A stretch of 64,000 nt of DNA from Candidatus Bathyarchaeia archaeon (lineage in GTDB: Archaea; Thermoproteota; Bathyarchaeia; Hecatellales; Hecatellaceae). Below, one piece after another: positions 48,854-57,441 of the stretch. The notes under the pieces were generated by a model, which saw only the letters and a program-made list of their open reading frames with translations, made no database searches and had not been told where the DNA came from. The stretch lies in NCBI GenBank assembly GCA_038883335.1, contig JAVZMI010000001.1, forward strand, positions 51,696-115,695, read 5' to 3'. Every line of letters begins with the position of its first letter. Within the stretch, counting starts at the first letter, position 1. Made by a program: the position numbers and the translations under genes.

Positions 48854-49090
48854 ATGAGAGCCTACGTGTTAATCACCACCAAACCAGGGACCTCCGAAGA
48901 AGTCCTCAGACAGATCAAGACTACACGGGAGATCAAAGGTGTTATTCTGGCCGACTCGGTCTACGGTCGGTTTGATGCAGTAGTCGTGATCGAGGCGGAA
49001 AACCTAGAGACCATAACCGACATCATATACAAGGTGATAGAGAAATACCCGAACATAACTCACACCGAAACACTTTTGACCTTATTCTGA
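48854..49090 (+). CDS. Stand-alone RAM (Lrp/AsnC C-terminal ligand-binding) domain protein
   Basis: 78 aa. MRAYVLITTKPGTSEEV...GRFDAVVVIEAENLETITDIIYKVIEKYPNITHTETL fits the RAM beta-alpha-beta-beta-alpha-beta pattern. Confidence 0.55.
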   Translation: MRAYVLITTKPGTSEEVLRQIKTTREIKGVILADSVYGRFDAVVVIEAENLETITDIIYKVIEKYPNITHTETLLTLF

Positions 49091-49122
49091 ACCCTCAGTC
49101 TACGTTGGGAAGGTTTACCTTA

Positions 49123-49362
49123 TCAAGGAGGATGGAAGAGCGCGACAAGGGTCTCGGTATGGATGATGTTAGGGGCTTTCTCAATCATCTCGTAGATTAT
49201 CTTGGATAATTCTTCAAAGTCCGCCGCCTCGATCACAGCTACTGCATCAAACCGACCTAGGACTGAGTTAATCATCTTCACCCCCCTAATCCGTCTAGCC
49301 TTAACAAGCTCTTCCGAAGTTCCCGGCTTAGTTGTAACCAGCACGAAGGCACGAACCGGCAA
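49123..49362 (-). CDS. Stand-alone RAM domain protein, a paralog of 48854..49090 in convergent orientation
   Basis: 79 aa, MPVRAFVLVTTKPGTSEEL...GRFDAVAVIEAADFEELSKIIYEMIEKAPNIIHTETL. It is about 55% identical to its neighbour. Confidence 0.55.
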   Translation of the reverse strand: MPVRAFVLVTTKPGTSEELVKARRIRGVKMINSVLGRFDAVAVIEAADFEELSKIIYEMIEKAPNIIHTETLVALFHPP

Positions 49363-49446
49363 CTGTCACCCTCACCATGAACGTCGACAGGTCAAGTTTC
49401 AAAGTTCAACCTATTAAAGGCTGCGTCCACAGTTTTGAGAGCATAC

Positions 49447-49827
49447 TTAGATGACATTAAACTTTAAAGTGTTACCGTCTCGATCAAATATGACTATATC
49501 CTCCTCGGTTTTGTAGGGGTAAGCTACAATCGCCATCAGGCTGCCGTAAAAATTGTTTAAATCCTCTATTGAGGGACGCTTAGCGCCAGATGGATGTGAA
49601 TGCGCCACCCCCACAATGGATGGATCTATTGGCAACATGAAGAATGGAAAGCTGGAGAAATTGTAGCTATGAGTGGCCAAAGGTGGTATCACGGTGCCAG
49701 TTATGTTGACAGCACCTTTCCGAGTCGTACCTCGCAGAAGAAGGATTCCCTCCTTTGGGTGAAATATCTGGGCATAACTAAGTAGACTATCGATGACCTC
49801 ACGTTTTATCGAGACAACCCTCCCCAA
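49447..49827 (-). CDS. JAMM/MPN+ (Mov34) family metalloprotease-like protein
   Basis: 126 aa with the JAMM motif E...HSHPSG-x6-PSxxD (VAHSHPSGAKRPSIEDL). Confidence 0.7.
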   Translation of the reverse strand: MGRVVSIKREVIDSLLSYAQIFHPKEGILLLRGTTRKGAVNITGTVIPPLATHSYNFSSFPFFMLPIDPSIVGVAHSHPSGAKRPSIEDLNNFYGSLMAIVAYPYKTEEDIVIFDRDGNTLKFNVI

Positions 49828-49982
49828 ATCAACCGCCGTAGGAACAGTAAACGCCTCCGGGAAGAAGCGCCTACTCAGTCCCTATTATAAATTGTTATTT
49901 ACACTTTTCCACCCTCTCTACCAAGTTGCAAGAGGACTGAATTGACGCAAGACATATTAGGCTTAATTTGAGATTCAAGTAT

Positions 49983-50125
49983 GCCCCGGTCAAGCCTCGG
50001 TTCCCTCGGTGAAGGGTGAGAGAGCGCAGCATGGTTGGCGCGTGGCCTTGGTAAAATATTAAAGCAAATTGATTGCACCTACAAAAAGGCTAAGGTCGCG
50101 GGTTCAAATCCCGCCCGGGGCTCCA
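49983..50125 (+). tRNA. tRNA-Thr(GGU) with two introns: a non-canonical one near positions 8/9 (about 32 nt, 49991-50022) and a canonical 37/38 intron (33 nt, 50054-50086)
   Basis: The deduced mature tRNA is GCCCCGG-UA-GCGC-AGCAUGGUUG-GCGC-G-UGGCC-UUGGUAA-GGCUA-AGGUC-GCGGG-UUCAAAU-CCCGC-CCGGGGC-U-CCA. The acceptor has 7 bp, and the D, anticodon (U33, GGU, A37) and T arms are canonical. The discriminator is U and the CCA is encoded. Confidence 0.75.
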
Positions 50126-50223
50126 TAAGACCTTCAACTGGAAAATGCCCCTAGATTGTCAATGGAGTATACCTAAAACTTTTATTATAACTCCTCACTA
50201 TTTGGAGGAAAAATTGGAGCGCA

Positions 50224-51600
50224 GTGATTGAAGTGATCGCCCTGGAAGAGATGCGAGAGATTGCACGCAGATATAAAAATCCGATGGGGTTAGTTTTAGG
50301 TTCCCACTCAGCCTTGGACGCGATGGCTGGGCTGAGGGACTACGGAATAAGGGGGCTCATCTATACGACTAAGGGTAGGGCTGAGATATATTTAAGGGAG
50401 CCCAGAGTTGGAAGACCTGAGGAGGAGATTGAGAATCTACCACAAGTAGTCGAGCGTGACCTCTACGTATCAGAAGACATCCGAGACATTGCTAGAAAAA
50501 AAGAGCGCTGGTCCGTTGCGATCCTAATCTTAGACCGTTATGATGAAATATTGAAGCCGGAGAACATTGACACGTTGCTTGAATTGGAGGCTATCCAGAT
50601 ACCTAACCGAGCCTTCGCCGTGTATGTTGGCGGAGATAATTGTGAGAAGATTGAGGATGACTTCTCCGTCCCGATCCTTGGCTCGCGGGGGCTCCTCAAG
50701 ATAGAAGACAGAGAGAAACTTGAGAAGAATTATTATTGGTACCTGGAGCAGGCGGGGATCCCCCACCCAACTCCATACAAATACGAAATTACTGGCGATG
50801 GGATAAAGTTTCCAAAGGAAATCGAGCAACCTCTAGTTCTAAAGATCCCCCACGCGGGAAGGAGACTTGAGAGAGGGTTCATATTTGCCGCTAATGGGGC
50901 TAGTTTGGAGGAGGAAGTGAGAAACGCCCTAGCATCAGGGGAGATTCTGTTCGAAGATCTGAAGGATGGGAGAGTCGAAGAATATATTCCAGGTGTAACC
51001 GCCAACCTAAACTTCTTCTATTCACCCCTATACGCAGAGGAGAACTGGGGAGTTGTAGAGAACTATGTAAGTAGAAGCAGGCTGGCGAACGAGTTTCTCT
51101 CAATAGATGAGAGGAGAGAAACAACTCACGACGGCATACTCCGCATGCTGGCAAGAGACCAGTTGAAAGCTGATTGGAGCAAGACCAACTACCCCATAAG
51201 CTTTGAGGTGACAGCTCACAGCTTAATCAGTCTGAGGGAGTCCCTTCTGAGAAAGATCTACCCGATAGCTGACGCTTTCGTCGAGTTTACCCAGAAGTCA
51301 GACCCGCCGGGAATGATTGGAGCCTATTGCATCCAGACATTGATAACCTTTGAAAAGCAACCATATGTCGAAGCAGTAACTCAAGGTGTCTACGACGCGG
51401 CTGGCAGCGCCTTCTACGATTTCGTCCCAAAAACGCAAGATGTGGCAGTTAGGCACGGTGGCGGAACCAACGTCCATCAAGGCATCGGCTCCCAGTATGC
51501 AAATGCAAAATATAAGCGAGTCATGAGTACAGGGGACAGAATCGCTTTGGAGATCGTCAGGGCGAAGAAGAAGGGCATGCTAGATAGGATAGTAACCTAA
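50224..51600 (+). CDS. PurP-like ATP-grasp enzyme (5-formaminoimidazole-4-carboxamide ribonucleotide synthetase family)
   Basis: 458 aa. The N-terminal LVLGSHSALDAMAGLRDYG resembles the PurP GSHSAL signature, and the ATP-grasp-like central region fits. It is longer than canonical PurP, which is about 360 aa. Confidence 0.5.
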   Translation: MIEVIALEEMREIARRYKNPMGLVLGSHSALDAMAGLRDYGIRGLIYTTKGRAEIYLREPRVGRPEEEIENLPQVVERDLYVSEDIRDIARKKERWSVAILILDRYDEILKPENIDTLLELEAIQIPNRAFAVYVGGDNCEKIEDDFSVPILGSRGLLKIEDREKLEKNYYWYLEQAGIPHPTPYKYEITGDGIKFPKEIEQPLVLKIPHAGRRLERGFIFAANGASLEEEVRNALASGEILFEDLKDGRVEEYIPGVTANLNFFYSPLYAEENWGVVENYVSRSRLANEFLSIDERRETTHDGILRMLARDQLKADWSKTNYPISFEVTAHSLISLRESLLRKIYPIADAFVEFTQKSDPPGMIGAYCIQTLITFEKQPYVEAVTQGVYDAAGSAFYDFVPKTQDVAVRHGGGTNVHQGIGSQYANAKYKRVMSTGDRIALEIVRAKKKGMLDRIVT

Positions 51601-51653
51601 GCTTTAGAGTATTAAGAACATTTTATTAAGCCTTAGTAGCTTAGATTGGTGGC

Positions 51654-51815
51654 ATGAGCAAGAAAGGGTCGAGCGGTAGGTTACTCAAATGTCCTAGATG
51701 TAGCTACACTTTTTCTATATCTTACGGTAGGACCTTCGCATGTGGCGGCTGCCCTTCAGCTTTTCAGTGTAGCTTAGCACGATGCCCCAGATGTGGGCAC
51801 GAATTTGAGATATAA
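51654..51815 (+). CDS. Small zinc-ribbon protein (53 aa)
   Basis: It reads MSKKGSSGRLLKCPRCSYTFSISYGRTFACGGCPSAFQCSLARCPRCGHEFEI, with CPRC...CGGC...CPRC. It is absent from the ORF track. Confidence 0.35.
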   Translation: MSKKGSSGRLLKCPRCSYTFSISYGRTFACGGCPSAFQCSLARCPRCGHEFEI

Positions 51816-51919
51816 CATGTACTCAAAACTCTTAATTGAAGCAAGCCTGTTGCTATCCCGCTCTTTGGATAAACGTAAATTTATTGCTACCCGTCCCAAA
51901 TAGTTTAGGGGTTGCGAAT

Positions 51920-53026
51920 ATGCTGAGGGCGGTTCTACTCCGTCAAGACAGGCTTGAAAAAATCGAACACATCTCCCAGAGCCAGCTTTCCTCTCTATCG
52001 GAGGCAGGTAATCTATGGCTCGACGGTTCTCCCTCCCCCCAAGAGAAGGAAATGCTCGTTAAGAAACTCGCCGTTTCGCCAGATATCTTTGAAGATTATA
52101 AAAGAGAGACGAAACCGCTCATGAAGACTAGCGAGGGATATAAGGTGCTGGTTCTTCAAGAGCTGTGTTACCTGGAGGAGTTACAAAGCTTCCCAGTGCT
52201 GGTTCTATTAGGTGATAAATTTCTTGTCACAGTACATGAGGGCTCAGAAGCCTGTGATGAAGTCTATGAAAACTTGGAAGATGAGATGAACCACTACGGC
52301 GTATACAGACTGGACGTTATACTCCACTTCATAATGGAACGCCTAGCCCAGCTATCTTTCCGCGTAGTTGAGAGATTAGAGGAGAAGAGTTGGGATGTCG
52401 AAGATGAACTCATCGGATCCAGCGAACTCGGAGCAGTCAGTAAAACAATTTCTCTTAGGAGAGAACTTGTAGCTGTTAACAAAGTCAACTATGGGCTGGC
52501 AGATATTCTGCTATCAACTCTGAGAGAGCTACCCCCCAGCCTCAGAGGTAGTAAGGTCAATGAACTCGTAGAGGAGGCTCATGATTCCCTTCTGAGGCAG
52601 ATCGGAACTGTTAACGAACTTCGTGAGATTTTGGTTGAGTGTCTCGAGATCCACAACTCGAAAGCGACCGCTGCGATAGTTGCTTCCTCTTATCGGTCCA
52701 ATGTCGAGATAAAGGATCTCACGATGGTGATGCTCTTTCTGACGGTAGTCGCAACCATATACTTATTCCCAAACACGGTCGCAACCGTGTTGGGGATAGC
52801 TAACCTAGGCGCCCGTCTAACCGTGGCTGAGATTCTCGTTATAATCGCTATCTCTGCAATCTTACCGACACTTTGGATACTGAGACAGAGGTGGGTAAAG
52901 AGACTTTTATCCAGCGGCTTTGAGATACCGGTTATACCCTTCATCCCATTCGTTGGAGTAGGAAAGAAGCACACAAAAGATAAGCATGAAAAGACTAGGA
53001 AAGAAGCTCAAGCGAGGCTGAGATAG
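51920..53026 (+). CDS. CorA-like divalent-cation transporter family protein with a divergent signature (GIAN in place of GMN)
   Basis: 369 aa from the internal ATG. It has a cytoplasmic alpha/beta domain plus coiled coil. Two C-terminal TM helices read LTVVATIYLFPNTVATVLGIANLGARL... (compare the CorA consensus LTIIATIFLPLTFIAGIYGMNF) and a basic C-terminus. Confidence 0.55.
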   Translation: MLRAVLLRQDRLEKIEHISQSQLSSLSEAGNLWLDGSPSPQEKEMLVKKLAVSPDIFEDYKRETKPLMKTSEGYKVLVLQELCYLEELQSFPVLVLLGDKFLVTVHEGSEACDEVYENLEDEMNHYGVYRLDVILHFIMERLAQLSFRVVERLEEKSWDVEDELIGSSELGAVSKTISLRRELVAVNKVNYGLADILLSTLRELPPSLRGSKVNELVEEAHDSLLRQIGTVNELREILVECLEIHNSKATAAIVASSYRSNVEIKDLTMVMLFLTVVATIYLFPNTVATVLGIANLGARLTVAEILVIIAISAILPTLWILRQRWVKRLLSSGFEIPVIPFIPFVGVGKKHTKDKHEKTRKEAQARLR

Positions 53027-53058
53027 AACCCGTCTAGGACCCTAAAGGTGGACGAACT

Positions 53059-54336
53059 TTGAGGGATGTTAGGGGAAAGGGATTCGCCAAACCGCTCAGA
53101 GTTAACGAAGCTTGGGATGTGTTCATGAGAGAGGCTAATCTAAAGCCTCTATCTCCCGAGGTGGTAGCACTCAGGGAGAGCTTGGGGAGGACTCTGGCTG
53201 ATGATATACAAGCCGAGCTGGATATACCTCCTTTTGATCGGGCTGCTGTAGACGGGTATGCTGTTAGAGCCGAAGACACCTACGGAGCTTCTGCTGCAAG
53301 CCCTATAGTCCTAAACGTAGTAGGGGTTGAAGAGGTAGGAGGTGAAACGTCATTGCATGTTGGGGAAGGGGAGGCTGCTCGGATTTCTACAGGCGCTCCT
53401 ATGCCGGTTGGGGCAGACTCTGTGGTTATGTACGAGTACACTAGTAGCATAGATGGGAGCAGAGTGGCGATCCAGAAGGCTACAGCCCCAGGCGATAATG
53501 TCTCGAAGAGAGGAGAGGATGTAAGGAAGGGGGAGACAGTCCTAAAGAGGGGGACGCTTTTGAAGCCATACGACCTCGGCATGCTGGCAGCTGCCGGAGT
53601 GACGAAAGTGAGCGTCATTAGGCGACCTAAGGTAGCAGTATTCTCGACTGGTAGTGAGTTAGTCGAGCCCGGCTGCAAACTGGGAGGTGGCAGAATCTTC
53701 GACGTTAACCGGTACACCCTTCAAGCATTAGTCAGGGAGATGGGGGGAGACCCCCTCGACTTTGGGATAGTACATGACAGCTTCAAACATGTAACGGCTA
53801 CTATAGAGCGGGCGTTGGAGAAGGCAGATTTGGTTCTCGGTAGCGGGGGGACTTCCGCAGGTTCGAAGGACATACTGCCTAATGCCGTGAATTCGCTGGG
53901 GGAGCCTGGAATCATAGTTCACGGTGTATCTATAAAGCCTGGGAGACCAGTTGCATTGGCGGTCATCCGAGGTAAGCCAGTTGTCCTGCTTCCAGGTCTC
54001 CCCGTGGCGGCAGTGGTAGCTTTCTTAGTCTTTGTAAGGCGAATTTTAGCTGTAATGTTGGGGTCGCCGAGCTTAGGGTTGGGGGGTGGAACTGTTCAGG
54101 CCAGGATGATTAGGAGTGTAGCTTCAACTCCAGGTGTAAGAAGTTACGTGAGAGTAGATTTGGAGAAGAAGAGGAACGGCTATGTTGCCATCCCTATCAT
54201 GGCTGGAGGCTCTGGAGTTATTTCGTCAATGACCAGGGCAAAGGGGATGGTGGTCATACCCGAGAATGTTGAGGGGCTGGCTGAGGGGGAGGAGGTAGAG
54301 GTAATCTTGTTGAGGCCCCTAGGTGAACCACTGTGA
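53059..54336 (+). CDS. moeA: Molybdopterin molybdenumtransferase MoeA
   Basis: 425 aa. The motifs are PPFDRAAVDGYAV, ISTGAPMP, the MoCF-biosynthesis domain GGTSAGSKD and PGLPVAAVVAF. Confidence 0.8.
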   Translation: MRDVRGKGFAKPLRVNEAWDVFMREANLKPLSPEVVALRESLGRTLADDIQAELDIPPFDRAAVDGYAVRAEDTYGASAASPIVLNVVGVEEVGGETSLHVGEGEAARISTGAPMPVGADSVVMYEYTSSIDGSRVAIQKATAPGDNVSKRGEDVRKGETVLKRGTLLKPYDLGMLAAAGVTKVSVIRRPKVAVFSTGSELVEPGCKLGGGRIFDVNRYTLQALVREMGGDPLDFGIVHDSFKHVTATIERALEKADLVLGSGGTSAGSKDILPNAVNSLGEPGIIVHGVSIKPGRPVALAVIRGKPVVLLPGLPVAAVVAFLVFVRRILAVMLGSPSLGLGGGTVQARMIRSVASTPGVRSYVRVDLEKKRNGYVAIPIMAGGSGVISSMTRAKGMVVIPENVEGLAEGEEVEVILLRPLGEPL

Positions 54337-54554
54337 GCCGCAAGGTCTTCAGGAAACTCGCCTCAATCGAGGAGGCGTTAGAGACACTTGAAAGACACTT
54401 CAACCCACACCCGATAGGGAGCGAGAACACCTCCCTCGAGAGGGCTGCCGGGAGAGTTCTAGCTGAGCACATCGCGGCACCGATAAATATACCTCCTTTT
54501 GATCGGGCTGCTGTAGACGGGTATGCTGTTAGAGCCGAAGACACCTACGGAGCT
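53222..54554. repeat. 68-nt identical direct repeat shared by the two tandem moeA paralogs (53222-53289 and 54487-54554)
   Basis: This is an exact DNA match. It encodes DIPPFDRAAVDGYAVRAEDTYGA in both genes. The flanking sequence is diverged. Confidence 0.85.
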
Positions 54555-56324
54555 GATGAGGGACGACCTAGAACTTTAAAGGTAGTTGGCAAGGTAGCCG
54601 CTGGGGATGAGCCCAAATTTGAGTTGGCTAGCGGGGAGGCTGTTGAGATCTCCACCGGCGCCCCTATCCCGATTGGGGCAAACGCAGTAGTGATGTTCGA
54701 ACACACATGGCGAGAGAATGCTCACGTGAACATAAGTAAAGTGTCTACTCCCGGTGAGAACATAATCGCTGCAGGCTCCGACATCCCAGTGGGGGAGAGG
54801 ATACTTAGAAGGGGAACCCTGCTGACATATAGAGAGACCGCCATCTTGGCGGCACTCGGAATAACTCATGTACCATGCTTCATTAAGCCAAAGGTTGCAG
54901 TCCTCTCCACAGGAGACGAACTCAAAAAGCCTGGGGAAAAATTAGATTACGGGCAAATATATGACGTGAACTCTAGGATGATCTGTGACGCCGTAACAAG
55001 CTGCGGCTGCGAACCTATCTTTATGGGTTTAGCTAAGGATGACTTTGCTGAGTTAACGCAGAAGGTATCTTCATCCCTCAAGCTTTGCGATGTAGTAGTA
55101 GTTTCTGGAGGCACCTCAGCTGGGTCAGAGGATCTGCTCTACAGGGTGACTGAAAACTTGGGTTCGCTAGGCGTGCTAGTTCACGGAATTGCTGTTAAGC
55201 CAGGAAAACCCACAATGATCGGCGTGGTGGCTGGGAAACCAGTCTTCGGTCTTCCTGGGTATCCAACATCAGCCATGATAACCTTCAAAATATTAGTCCA
55301 ACCCACACTGAGGCGGATGGCTGGGTTGAAGGTTGAGGTGGAGTCCAAGACGGTTGATGCGAGAATTGGGGAAAAGATCTATTCAGTGGCTGGGTGCAGG
55401 GAGTACGTGCCGGTAAGCCTCACACTAGCTGAAACTGGGGGGTATGTTGCATATCCAGTCCTAGGCGGGTCTGGCATTATAACATCTATCTCGAAGGCGG
55501 ATGGCATTGTAGAAGTTCCTGAAAGTGTAGTGATCCTCGAGCGTGGGGAGACAGTTAGAGTACAACTGTTCAGCTCCGAACTAAGACCTGCCAACTTGGT
55601 GATCGCCGGAAGCTACTGTGTGGGTGTGGATCTTATCTTGGATCTGATGCTTGAGAGTATGCCTGAGCTAAACCCGAGGGTGATTAATGTAGGTTTTTCT
55701 GGGGGTTTAGTGGCGTTAAGTAGAGGTGAGGCTGACATTGCAGGCGTTAATATTTTTAATCCTGACGCTGAAGAGTACAACCTACACTGTCTCAAGCGTT
55801 ACGGGCTAGCTGGGAAAATCATGCTCGTACGAGGTTATTTTCGAACTCAAGGGTTGCTACTCCGCAAGGGGAATCCAAAAAGTGTAAAGAGCTTAGAAGA
55901 CCTCCTAGATGGGAAGGTTTCCATGATCAACCGTGAACCCGGCTCTGGAGCGCGGTTAATTCTTGATCACCTCCTTCAGAGGCTAGCTAACAGTAAGAGG
56001 TTGGATCTTAAAGAGGTAACATCCAAGATAATAGGCTACAGCATTGTGGCTAAGTCTGATATCGCTGTAGCTATGGCGGTTATGCGTGGTACGGCTGATG
56101 TAGGGCTTGCAACCGAAACCACCGCCAACCTGTACGGGCTGGACTTCATACCTCTAGCCAAAGAGAGCTACGACTTTGCAATACTAAAGGGACGGCTGAC
56201 AAAACCAGCCGTGAAGCTATTCGTAGATACTTTAGGGTCGGAGTGGTTTAAGAGTGAACTGCCCCAGAAGTACCCGGGCCTCACCCCTACCGAGGAAACT
56301 GGCAAGATGATCCTTACAGCATAG
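54333..56324 (+). CDS. MoeA paralog fused to a C-terminal periplasmic-binding-protein-like (molybdate/tungstate-binding) domain
   Basis: 663 aa. The N-terminal 400 aa are MoeA-like (PPFDRAAVDGYAV, GGTSAGSED, GLPGYPTSAMITF). The C-terminal 240 aa form a PBP-like domain (NVGFSGGLVALSRGEADIAG...). Confidence 0.75.
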   Translation: MSRKVFRKLASIEEALETLERHFNPHPIGSENTSLERAAGRVLAEHIAAPINIPPFDRAAVDGYAVRAEDTYGADEGRPRTLKVVGKVAAGDEPKFELASGEAVEISTGAPIPIGANAVVMFEHTWRENAHVNISKVSTPGENIIAAGSDIPVGERILRRGTLLTYRETAILAALGITHVPCFIKPKVAVLSTGDELKKPGEKLDYGQIYDVNSRMICDAVTSCGCEPIFMGLAKDDFAELTQKVSSSLKLCDVVVVSGGTSAGSEDLLYRVTENLGSLGVLVHGIAVKPGKPTMIGVVAGKPVFGLPGYPTSAMITFKILVQPTLRRMAGLKVEVESKTVDARIGEKIYSVAGCREYVPVSLTLAETGGYVAYPVLGGSGIITSISKADGIVEVPESVVILERGETVRVQLFSSELRPANLVIAGSYCVGVDLILDLMLESMPELNPRVINVGFSGGLVALSRGEADIAGVNIFNPDAEEYNLHCLKRYGLAGKIMLVRGYFRTQGLLLRKGNPKSVKSLEDLLDGKVSMINREPGSGARLILDHLLQRLANSKRLDLKEVTSKIIGYSIVAKSDIAVAMAVMRGTADVGLATETTANLYGLDFIPLAKESYDFAILKGRLTKPAVKLFVDTLGSEWFKSELPQKYPGLTPTEETGKMILTA

Positions 56325-56453
56325 AAACCCAGATGAAAGAGGCGTATGCCAAAATGTTGGGGCTTGCAGAACAGATCAGTATCACGCCAGAAAGGCTTAT
56401 CAATGTTAAGCTTAATCTGAGCACTTCAGAGTAACAACGAAGTTGACGAACCA

Positions 56454-57365
56454 ATGAAAACTCTAGGCAGTTGCATTAGGCCAGTTAAGGAGCCTTTCTC
56501 AGGGTATCAAACCCAGTTTAACGAGGCTTCTTACGTAATATTTGGAGTGCCATACGATAAGACCAGCACATATCGTCTAGGTTCAAGGCTAGGACCTAAG
56601 GCCGTGAGAAGAGCTTCCCTCAACATTGAAACTTACAGCCCAAGAACTGACTTGTACGTCGAAGATTTGAAGATGTGTGATTTAGGAAATGTTAAGGTAG
56701 CAGGTAGCTTAGACTGTGTCACAGAGGTAACCTCTAAGATCTTGGATGCTGGCAAGATGCCGGTTATCCTCGGCGGCGAGCACACACTCACATATTACGC
56801 CCTAAATGCGCTACCTAGAGATACAGCGTTAGTCTCCTTCGATGCTCATTACGACCTCAGGGATGAGTACAACGGTAGGAAAATCTCACACGCCACGGTA
56901 ATGCGCCGAATAGTCGACAAATGCGGACCTGAGCGGATAATCTTTGCAGGCACAAGAGCTACCAGCAAAGAGGAGTTGAGCTTCGTTGAGAAGAATAAAA
57001 TTCACAACATAACAGCTCACAAAATACTCCATGACGGCTGGCGTGAGGCGGCTGACTCGATTAAAGATTCTCTTCAAAAATTTTCCCGATATTATCTGAC
57101 TCTTGATATGGATGTACTGGACCCAGCACATGCTCCAGAGGTTGGAAATCCTGAGCCTGAAGGGTTAGAAGTCACATCGCTCCTAAACATAATTCATGGT
57201 TTCTGCGATGAGAGGCTTGTGGGGTTCGACCTAGTCGAGGTTGCACCAAAGGGTGACTTCGGAATAACCGCAATCCAAGCGGCTAAGATTATCTTCGAGA
57301 TACTCTGCTTCATAGAAGCTGTGACACGTAGAGCGTACGAAGATTTTCTTGCAAGCTTCCGCTAA
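56454..57365 (+). CDS. speB: Agmatinase/arginase-family ureohydrolase
   Basis: 303 aa with the Mn-binding motifs GGEHTLT, SFDAHYDLRDEY and LTLDMDVLDPAHAPEVGNPEPEG. Confidence 0.8.
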   Translation: MKTLGSCIRPVKEPFSGYQTQFNEASYVIFGVPYDKTSTYRLGSRLGPKAVRRASLNIETYSPRTDLYVEDLKMCDLGNVKVAGSLDCVTEVTSKILDAGKMPVILGGEHTLTYYALNALPRDTALVSFDAHYDLRDEYNGRKISHATVMRRIVDKCGPERIIFAGTRATSKEELSFVEKNKIHNITAHKILHDGWREAADSIKDSLQKFSRYYLTLDMDVLDPAHAPEVGNPEPEGLEVTSLLNIIHGFCDERLVGFDLVEVAPKGDFGITAIQAAKIIFEILCFIEAVTRRAYEDFLASFR

Positions 57366-57393
57366 GATTATCTTCGAGATACTCTGCTTCATA
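57282..57393. repeat. 33-nt direct repeat (gctaagattatcttcgagatactctgcttcata) at 57282-57314 inside the speB 3' end and again at 57361-57393, overlapping the speB stop codon at 57363-57365
   Basis: This is an exact match read from the sequence. The copies are separated by 46 nt. Confidence 0.8.
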
Positions 57394-57441
57394 TAAACTA
57401 GAAGGAAGACATGAGATAAGCTTGGAAATAAAAAGAAATAT

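Noticed and set aside
53034-53279. Minus-strand ORFs 53034..53279 and 54254..54544, both starting MSSALTAYPSTAARSKGGI
   Set aside because: Their similarity comes from the 68-nt moeA gene-conversion repeat read on the opposite strand. They lie inside or over the strongly supported moeA genes.
56328-56429. 33-aa ORF (MKEAYAKMLGLAEQISITPERLINVKLNLSTSE) between the moeA paralog and speB
   Set aside because: It is too short and has no Gly-Gly C-terminus or other motif that would suggest a SAMP/MoaD-like or known small protein.
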